From the NCBI GenBank assembly GCA_964466035.1, contig CAYXLR010000007.1, positions 25,299 through 89,298 of the forward strand: a stretch of DNA of 64,000 bases, written 5' to 3'. Both the position numbers and the translations under genes were made by a program. Below, piece by piece: positions 57,694 to 64,000 of the stretch. The DNA is from an uncultured Thermotogae bacterium. Lineage in GTDB: Bacteria; Bipolaricaulota; Bipolaricaulia; UBA7950; UBA9294. Below the pieces are notes generated by a model. It did no database searches. It worked only from the letters and a program-made list of their open reading frames with translations, and was not told the origin of the DNA. How positions within the stretch are numbered: position 1 is the first letter of the stretch; every line of letters starts with the position of its first letter.

Positions 57694-57795
57694 ATGATCG
57701 CCATCGGCGTGGTCGTCGGCGTCGTCTTCGCCAACCTGATCGCCGATCTACCGTACGCTGCCGTCAACCCGCGGATCCGGTACAGGTAAGGGAGG
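57694..57795 (+). repeat. Gene-end repeat copy 2 (dppB 3' end including stop)
   Basis: Encodes MIAIGVVVGVVFANLIADLPYAAVNPRIRYR*; last ~45 nt nearly identical to copy 0. Confidence 0.85.
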
Positions 57796-58191
57796 AGCCG
57801 ATCGGTTGCTCGTCGTGCGGCCGTTCGAGCACCGATCCTGTGATCCGGTTGCTTACTGGGAGCGAAGCGTTTGAAGAAAAATACCTCGACGGCGTGAGAC
57901 GGAATCGAGACGTGGGTGGGCAGCCTCTGGTCGAGTATCTGGAGCTTCAGGGCTGCTCCAATGCTAAGGAGGAACATGAACATCGTCTTGCGGATCACGA
58001 TAGGACCGACGGGCTGGAGCGTACGGGTCGACCTCGGGCCGGTGAAGCTCTCCTTCCGATAGATCCCGTCGGGCGGTCGATCCCATCTGGCGGCCTGGAA
58101 CCGGGTCGACGCACCGGGAACGCCGAATCGCGTCGCCTTGTCTCGATGGAATCGGATCGCTACGCTCCCGGCGGACACGGAGGTGGTTCCG

Positions 58192-58902
58192 ATGCGAGCT
58201 TCTGTCTTGATTCTTGCGATAGCGATGCTGTGGGCGGTTTCGTGCGCGGTCGGGGCGAACGGCCCGGAAGACGGAGTTTGGGGTGGCGGTCCGATGCCGT
58301 CGGTCCTGTTCCTGGACCTCGGCGGGCTGAACGCCGCGGTGACGGCCGCCGGCTACCCCCGCATCAGCGAAGTGCTGTTCACGATGGGGGGAGCCAGCTA
58401 CGGCGGGCGGTTGTCCGACGGCGTTCGATTCGGAGGGACGGGCAGCAGCGGCGCGACGATCTCGAGGGACGGCGAGCGGAGCGCTCGCTTCGGTCTCGAA
58501 ACCTACGGTCTCATGGTCGAGAAGATCGCCGCGAGCGACGCCGGATTGACGATCGCCCTCGGCACCGTACTGGGAGGAGGGTCCCTCGATTTGCGGCTGA
58601 TCGATCGGTTTCCGGACTCGTTCGAAGACGCCGTCGGCGCGCCGTACGTCGCGTCGATGACCAAGTGTTTCTACGCGCTGCAGCCGTACGTCGCGTTCGA
58701 GGCGAGGCCGTTCCGCTGGATGACCGCTCGATTCCAGCTGGGATTCCTGTGGGCGCTGACCGACCGGTGGGCGTTCGAAGAGGTCGAGTTCTCCGGACCT
58801 CCTCGGACGCTGACCGGGCTGGTGGCCTCGTTGACGATGCGGTTCGGTTGGCATGAGGGGGACGACGAAGACACCCCCGCCGAAGAGGACGTCGAGGAGT
58901 AG
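58192..58902 (+). CDS. Hypothetical secreted Gly-rich protein with acidic tail
   Basis: Start ATG 58192 (RBS GGAGG); signal peptide MRASVLILAIAMLWAVSCAVGA; alternating-pattern beta-like segments; no family recognised. Confidence 0.5.
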   Translation: MRASVLILAIAMLWAVSCAVGANGPEDGVWGGGPMPSVLFLDLGGLNAAVTAAGYPRISEVLFTMGGASYGGRLSDGVRFGGTGSSGATISRDGERSARFGLETYGLMVEKIAASDAGLTIALGTVLGGGSLDLRLIDRFPDSFEDAVGAPYVASMTKCFYALQPYVAFEARPFRWMTARFQLGFLWALTDRWAFEEVEFSGPPRTLTGLVASLTMRFGWHEGDDEDTPAEEDVEE

Positions 58903-58951
58903 CTTCTTCCTGTCACGGCTCCGTGGCCCGAGGAGCTGCCGAAGCCGACGT

Positions 58952-60700
58952 TCAGTCGCGCGGTCCCGAACGGCTCGTGAGCTGCCGCGCCGGTGTCGTC
59001 TCCTCCACGAAGATGAGGAGGTCGTAGTTCGACCGAAGCGGCGTCGGATAGAACTGCCGGTCCATGGCCCTGGCGCCGATCGACCGGAACAAGCGGGTTT
59101 CGCAGAGCCAGCCCGATTCCTCGTTTCCCGGCTCGCCCGAACGCAGATCGAGGGCGAACAACGGGACCTCACCGGTCGCGAAGATCGCCTCGAAGCTGCT
59201 CTCCGGCGGCGCCTGGAGATCGTGCGATCCCAAGCCGCCGTCGCCCACGGCGGAGTACCGACCCCGGGCGGTCGCGAAGGCCACCGGGACGTAGTCCTCC
59301 CCGAAGCGATCGGCCAAGTGTTGGCCCATCGCGCCGGTCGCCCGGCTGACGTGGCCGTTGTGGGCCCACAGCACGAGGCGAGCGTCGGGATACTGCTCGG
59401 CGAGCCAGATCACGTTCTCGGCCATCGACGCGTCGCGGACGATCCCCCCCTGAGGGCTGGCGTGCATCTGCATGCACTGGACCACGATCCGGGCGTTCAG
59501 AAGCGCCCGCTCGACCTCCTCGGCGGGGAGGAGTCCGAGCCACTCATCCCGCGCGGCCTGCATCTCGGTCAGGATCGCCTTGGCCAGGATCGCCGCCTCC
59601 GCAGCAGCAGGCGCGTCGGGTTGGCCCGGAACGCTCGCCATCCGCAGGCTCTGCCGGCCCGCATACGCGACGGTCCCGTCGAGCCGGCTGGTATACGCGT
59701 CGTCGGTGTGATAGTACCCAGCGATCCCGGTGCCCTCGAAGCCGAGGTCGAACGACGTCGCGTCGTAGGCAACGCCGTCCAGCTCGATGTTTGCCGCGTC
59801 GATCCACGCCGTGCCCTGGCCGGTCATGAGAAACCCGAAGTTGATGTTGGTCGCCTCCGTAGCCACCGGCAGCTCGATGGCGTACTCGGTCCAGTCGGTG
59901 GTTCCGCTCGGGCCGCGGTACGCCATGTTGTCGAACGCGAGGACTTCTCCGTCCGGCCCGTCGACCCGCCACCAGAGACCCGCGTACCCGTCTTGTAGAT
60001 CGTCGGTCTTGATCCAGCCGCTGAACCGGACCGTCTTGCCGCGGGCCTCTGCGACCGGGAATGCATAGGTCGCGGTCGCGAACGATGGGCCGCCGATGGC
60101 CTTCACAATCACTGGATATCGGGCGCCCGCAGTTTCGGCCAGCGGGGACGAGACGGCTTCGAGGAACTCCACCACCTCCTCGGCAGCGACGTCCGGCGTC
60201 TGCATGTCGAAGCCGGTGAAGTGGACCTTCCGGTCGCTGCGCGCGTTGTGGGCGCGCATCCATTCCACCATGGCGAGCACTTCCTCGGTGTTCCACGTCC
60301 AGAAGTACATGCCGCCGATCAGCGCGGCCGGGTCGTCCTCGCCGCCGAGCACGTAGGCGTCGAGCCGGTGGGCCTCCGGCGTGCTCGCCTCGATGGCGAA
60401 CCAGGTGAATCCCAGCTCCTCGACCAAGTACTCCACCAGACGGTGCTTCATCTGGAAGTGCTCGCGCGTGCCGTGCGTCGACTCGCCGAGACCGACGATG
60501 CGGGCATCGCCGATCATCGCCCCGACCGGCGCGAGGTCCGCGAAGCCGTGCCCGGCTTCGCAGGTCGCGAGCGGCGCGGCCTGCTCATCGAGCCAAGCGA
60601 TCCGGGCGTCGAGGTCTCCGCTCGCGATCTCGACGCCGAGCGAAGCAACGAGGACGACGCCGACGATCGGCAGGACGACGATCCGCAGGATCCGGTTCAT
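58952..60700 (-). CDS. Erythromycin esterase (Ere/ChaN-like) family protein with signal anchor and an inserted beta-sandwich-like domain
   Basis: 582 aa from ATG 60700 (RBS AAGGAGAG); GLGESTHGTREHFQMKHRL and FWTWNTEEV, WAHNGHV motifs of the family; ~150-aa insert (RFSGWIKTDDLQDGYAGLWWRVDG...). Confidence 0.75.
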   Translation of the reverse strand: MNRILRIVVLPIVGVVLVASLGVEIASGDLDARIAWLDEQAAPLATCEAGHGFADLAPVGAMIGDARIVGLGESTHGTREHFQMKHRLVEYLVEELGFTWFAIEASTPEAHRLDAYVLGGEDDPAALIGGMYFWTWNTEEVLAMVEWMRAHNARSDRKVHFTGFDMQTPDVAAEEVVEFLEAVSSPLAETAGARYPVIVKAIGGPSFATATYAFPVAEARGKTVRFSGWIKTDDLQDGYAGLWWRVDGPDGEVLAFDNMAYRGPSGTTDWTEYAIELPVATEATNINFGFLMTGQGTAWIDAANIELDGVAYDATSFDLGFEGTGIAGYYHTDDAYTSRLDGTVAYAGRQSLRMASVPGQPDAPAAAEAAILAKAILTEMQAARDEWLGLLPAEEVERALLNARIVVQCMQMHASPQGGIVRDASMAENVIWLAEQYPDARLVLWAHNGHVSRATGAMGQHLADRFGEDYVPVAFATARGRYSAVGDGGLGSHDLQAPPESSFEAIFATGEVPLFALDLRSGEPGNEESGWLCETRLFRSIGARAMDRQFYPTPLRSNYDLLIFVEETTPARQLTSRSGPRD

Positions 60701-60901
60701 GGCTCTCCTTTGTGGCACCGTCTCGGAGAATCCCTCTGAACTACCGACCACATGATATCGCGCAGGCGCAGTGTACGGCGTGCTCTCCGTCCGGGTCAAC
60801 CTCGCGTGGGTCCGTCCACTGCGAGTGTCTGTGCCGCATCCCCGCTGCTCGGGATCGCGCGCGGCGGCGATGAGTCGAAGAGACTCCTTCAGGGATCCCC
60901 C

Positions 60902-60932
60902 TTGACCTAGAGCGCGCTCGAACTTGTATAGT
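60902..60932 (+). promoter_or_regulatory. MerR-type promoter with 19-bp spacer containing a dyad
   Basis: TTGACC - 19 nt (TAGAGCGCGCTCGAACTTG, dyad GAGCGCGCTC) - TATAGT; -10 ends 8 nt before merR ATG. Confidence 0.55.
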
Positions 60933-60940
60933 GCGTCGGA

Positions 60941-61348
60941 ATGCCTTCGGAACTGACCATCCGCCAGGTTGCCGCGAGGACCGGGCTCACCGTCCACACC
61001 TTGCGCTACTACGAACGCGCCGGCCTGATCCCCGCGGTCGAGCGCGCGGGGAACGGGCACCGGCGCTACTCCGAGGAGGACCTCGCCTGGATCGAGTTCG
61101 TGAAGTGCCTCCGATCGACGGGGATGCCGATCTCCGACGTCCAGCGGTACGTCGAACTGCAGCAGCGGGGAGACGCGACGTTCGCCGAGCGGCTGGAGAT
61201 CATGGAGTCGCACCGGCGGGCACTGAAGGCCAAGATCGAGGAGCTGAGCGGCTTCCTGAACCGGATCGAGGGGAAGGTCGAGCGGTACCGGGAGCGCGTC
61301 GCGCGGGAGAGGAGCGCATCGCGGGGGCAGCCGGTGCGGCCCGGATAG
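60941..61348 (+). CDS. MerR-family transcriptional regulator
   Basis: 135 aa; HTH LTIRQVAARTGLTVHTLRYYERAGLI, coiled-coil dimerisation helix. Confidence 0.9.
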   Translation: MPSELTIRQVAARTGLTVHTLRYYERAGLIPAVERAGNGHRRYSEEDLAWIEFVKCLRSTGMPISDVQRYVELQQRGDATFAERLEIMESHRRALKAKIEELSGFLNRIEGKVERYRERVARERSASRGQPVRPG

Positions 61349-61493
61349 CGGTCCCTCGGGTGGACGGTGAGTCGGTGCTCGATCCGTTCGATCCCTGCCG
61401 GACGTTCGCATGCACTTGTATCGATCCGCTCGTCGCATCGCACGCGATGCGTCGGGCCGAGCGGCACGTACGGTGTACGCCAAGGAGCAACGC

Positions 61494-62546
61494 ATGAACA
61501 CGGTGAGACTGGGAAAGTCGGAGCTGATGGTTTCCCGAGTGGGGATGGGCGGCATTCCGATCCAGCGTCCGCCTTTCGATGAGGCCGTCCGCGTGATCCG
61601 CCGCGCGCTCGACCTGGGCGTGAGCCTGATCGACACTTCCCGCGGCTACGGCGACAGCGAAGAGCGGATCGGGGTGGCGATCGCCGGTCGCCGAAACGAC
61701 GTGGTCATCGCCACGAAGGGGGGATGGGGAGACAAGGCGATCGCGGCGGAGCACATCGACCAGAGCCTCGAGCGGCTGCGGACGGACTTTATCGATCTCT
61801 GGCAGTTCCACGGCGTGAACACGCTGGAGGGGTACGAGGGGTTGTTCGGCCCCGACGGCGCGATGGAGGCGGCGCAGGCGGCCCTTCAGGCCGGCAAGAT
61901 CCAACACGTCGGCCTGTCGAGCCACTCGCCGGACGTCGTCAGGAAGGCGATCGAAGACGGCCACGTCGAGACGATCCAGTTCCCGTTCAACTTCGTCGCC
62001 CGGGAGTTCGCCGAGGAGCTGGCTCCCCTGGCGCGCGAGCACGACGTCGGATTCATCGCGATGAAGCCGTTCGCCGGTGGGATGCTTCGGAAGGCCGATC
62101 TGACGATCCGCTACCTCCTGCAGTTCGAGAACGTCGTGCCGATCCCGGGCATCGAACGGACGACCGAGATCGAGGAGATCGCGGCGATCGTCGAAGGCGG
62201 ACCTCGGCCGCTGACGGCCGAGGAGCGGAAGGAGATCGAGGAGATCCGGGAGCGCGTCGGAACGCGGTTCTGCCGACGGTGTCGGTACTGCATGCCGTGC
62301 CCGCAGGGCGTGGAGATCCAGCCGCTGATGACCCTGCCCGTCCTGTGGGAGCTGTGGCCCCCCGAGGTCACCTTCTCCGAGGAGTCGATCGGCGGCTACG
62401 CGAAACGGACCGTGGAGAGCGCCGCGAACTGCATCCAATGCGGCGAGTGCGAGGCGAAGTGCCCGTACGAGCTTCCGATTCGGGAGATGATCGTCGAGCA
62501 CGTCGAGCTGTATCGGCGCGAGATCGCGAAGCGCCGCACTGGATAG
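61494..62546 (+). CDS. Aldo/keto reductase with C-terminal 4Fe-4S ferredoxin-type cluster motifs
   Basis: Start ATG 61494 (RBS aaggag); LGKSELMVSRVGMGG, DTSRGYGDSE AKR core; CRRCRYCMPCP and CIQCGECEAKCP. Confidence 0.85.
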   Translation: MNTVRLGKSELMVSRVGMGGIPIQRPPFDEAVRVIRRALDLGVSLIDTSRGYGDSEERIGVAIAGRRNDVVIATKGGWGDKAIAAEHIDQSLERLRTDFIDLWQFHGVNTLEGYEGLFGPDGAMEAAQAALQAGKIQHVGLSSHSPDVVRKAIEDGHVETIQFPFNFVAREFAEELAPLAREHDVGFIAMKPFAGGMLRKADLTIRYLLQFENVVPIPGIERTTEIEEIAAIVEGGPRPLTAEERKEIEEIRERVGTRFCRRCRYCMPCPQGVEIQPLMTLPVLWELWPPEVTFSEESIGGYAKRTVESAANCIQCGECEAKCPYELPIREMIVEHVELYRREIAKRRTG

Positions 62547-62629
62547 TGTCGGACGGCTCGGGACCGCGCCTCCGACCGATCGGATCGTGCGGCCGGGGCC
62601 GCGAGAGCGTTGGAGAGGAGGACGTAACC

Positions 62630-63088
62630 ATGGGAACCCTGCTGGTTCTCTACCATTCCCAGGAGTACGGAAACACGAGGACGATGGCGGAAGCCATTGA
62701 GGAGGGTGCCGAGGCCGCCGGCGCGGAGGTCACCTCGATCAACACGAACGAGCGGCGACTGGACATCGAGGCGTACCGACGGTTCGATGCGGTCGCCTTC
62801 GGCTCGCCCGACTACTTCGGCTACATCGCCGGTGGACTGAAGGTCTTCATGGACGACTGGTACATCGCCCGGAAGGCGAACGACGACGGTCTCATGGACA
62901 AACCCTACGGGCTTTTCTATTCTCACGGAGGGGGCGGGGCGGTTCGCCGACCGCTGGAGGAACTGTTCGGCCGGATGGGTACGCAGGTCGGTGAGACGAT
63001 CGAATCGGTCGGACGACCGAGCGCCTCCGTGCTCGAAGCTTGCCGCGATCTGGGGCGAGAACTGGCGGCCGCCTCGAAGGGACAGTGA
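62630..63088 (+). CDS. Flavodoxin-like fold protein (WrbA/NAD(P)H:quinone oxidoreductase-like)
   Basis: 152 aa from ATG 62630; LLVLYHSQEYGNTRTMAEAI FMN-loop; in-frame part of ORF-track 61724..63088. Confidence 0.8.
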   Translation: MGTLLVLYHSQEYGNTRTMAEAIEEGAEAAGAEVTSINTNERRLDIEAYRRFDAVAFGSPDYFGYIAGGLKVFMDDWYIARKANDDGLMDKPYGLFYSHGGGGAVRRPLEELFGRMGTQVGETIESVGRPSASVLEACRDLGRELAAASKGQ

Positions 63089-63134
63089 CCCATCCGGCTG
63101 AGGTGGAGGCATCGAAAAGCAGGAGGTACGGGAC

Positions 63135-63629
63135 ATGAACGACGCGGACGTGGAGAGAAAAGAACTCGACTTCGACGCCAAGAGGCGAGAGATCGTCTCC
63201 TTCCTTGCGTCGTCCGACAACGCGATCGTGGCCCTGGCGACGGCCGCCTCCGATCGCGTGCTCGCACGAATGATCCTCGTCCTCTGCGACGGCCTCGATG
63301 TCTACTTCTTCACGTGGGGAGGCTCGCGCAAGTGCGAGCAGATCCGCGCCAATCCGCGCGTCGCGCTGTGCAAGGACAGGACGCAGATCGAGGGGACGGC
63401 CGAGATCCTCGGCGGCCTGTTCGATCCGACCAACGCCGCGATCCTGCAGCTGTTCGAGGAGCGATTCCCCGAAGCGGTCGACAACTGGCGCGACCGACCC
63501 GGAATGGTCCTGGTGAAGATCACACCGACGTCGGTCGTCCTCGCCGGAGCGCCGGGCGAGGAGCTGCACCTGCAGTTCGTCGATCTGGAGAACGGGATCG
63601 CCTACGCCGAACCGTGGGCCGACCGGTGA
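63135..63629 (+). CDS. Pyridoxamine 5'-phosphate oxidase-family FMN-binding protein
   Basis: 164 aa; split-barrel pattern VALATAASDRVLARMI...FFTWGGSRKCEQIRANPRVAL. Confidence 0.7.
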   Translation: MNDADVERKELDFDAKRREIVSFLASSDNAIVALATAASDRVLARMILVLCDGLDVYFFTWGGSRKCEQIRANPRVALCKDRTQIEGTAEILGGLFDPTNAAILQLFEERFPEAVDNWRDRPGMVLVKITPTSVVLAGAPGEELHLQFVDLENGIAYAEPWADR

Positions 63630-63852
63630 GATCGGCCGTCGTTCGCTCGGCGTGAGACGGTCGTGACCAGGTCGCGCCGAGGTCCGAGTTCGAGCTGACC
63701 CCGTCGCACAGACGACGAACCGGCTCCACAGAGGCGGCTCAGCCGACCTGAATGACTCGAATCGTTGGACGAGTCCTCCACTTGGAAAGCGCTCTTCGCG
63801 AGGATACCATAGATACCAAATCGGTATTCATGAGTTCCGAAGGGGTAACGCC

Positions 63853-64000
63853 GTGCCTTCACAAGATCGTATCCTGGACGCCGGACGGGAGATCCTGCTC
63901 TCCGAGGGGCTGCGCGCGATCACGACGAACGAGATCGCGCGGCGCGCCCGCGTCAGCAAGAAAACGCTCTACAACCTGTTTCCCGACAAGGACGCGCTGG
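63853..64000 (+). CDS. TetR/AcrR-family regulator, 3'-truncated by window end
   Basis: GTG 63853; ILDAGREILLSEGLRAITTNEIARRARVSKKTLYNLFPDKDAL HTH; upstream GATACC-ATA-GATACC-AAATC-GGTATT operator-like motif at 63803..63828. Confidence 0.75.
   Translation, partial: MPSQDRILDAGREILLSEGLRAITTNEIARRARVSKKTLYNLFPDKDAL

Noticed and set aside
57549-58178. 209-aa minus-strand ORF and 393-aa plus-strand ORF (57675..58856) downstream of repeat copy 2
   Set aside because: They have no motifs, no RBS, odd composition, and overlap each other and the better-supported secreted protein gene (58192..58902). The 57.8-58.2 kb stretch is left unannotated, and it may be a third decayed module.

Overview
64-kb window from a high-GC bacterial chromosome (by eye upper-60s % GC, not computed), densely coded on both strands, with sigma70-like promoters and GGAGG-type RBSs. 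The core backbone carries: a PAP2 phosphatase, an aminotransferase, an M42 peptidase and uvrC; a TetR plus MMPL exporter; frr followed directly by an F1Fo ATP synthase operon (atpI-like, B, E, F, H, A, G, D, with no atpC); tRNA-Ala, tRNA-Cys and tRNA-Val; split saccharopine-pathway genes; a Crp/Fnr regulator, TauE, MoeB/ThiF and a CcdA plus thioredoxin pair; two TroA/ZnuA-class metal ABC importers, one led by NikR and containing an FmdE-domain gene; an LTXXQ periplasmic protein next to an OmpR/HK pair; a COG2984-type ABC importer behind a long terminator-containing leader; RluA, CYTH, GNAT and pyruvate kinase; a Dpp/Opp-type ABC system with a permease-ATPase-ATPase triple fusion; and a MerR-led redox operon. 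Two lower-GC accessory islands stand out. (1) Island 1 spans ~5.0-11.2 kb and starts directly after tRNA-Ala. It holds an ImmA-like HExxH protein, a 612-aa Mrr-type nuclease fusion and a 990-aa Ca-repeat surface protein, and each gene is followed by a conserved ~26-nt direct repeat. (2) Island 2 spans ~55.3-57.8 kb (possibly to 58.9 kb). Its single-function modules, an orphan 354-aa HExxH protein and a HepT/MntA toxin-antitoxin pair, are each bracketed by a reiterated copy of the last ~100 nt of the dppB-like permease gene. Neither island contains a recognisable recombinase. A third reiteration of a gene terminus lies in the atpA-atpG spacer, where the first 14 codons of atpG occur three times, interleaved with hairpins. 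The best candidates for something undescribed are the ImmA-like/Mrr-fusion pair, the orphan HExxH protein, and the cassette-like gene-end reiteration architecture. All functional calls rest on motif recognition by eye; no database search was possible.
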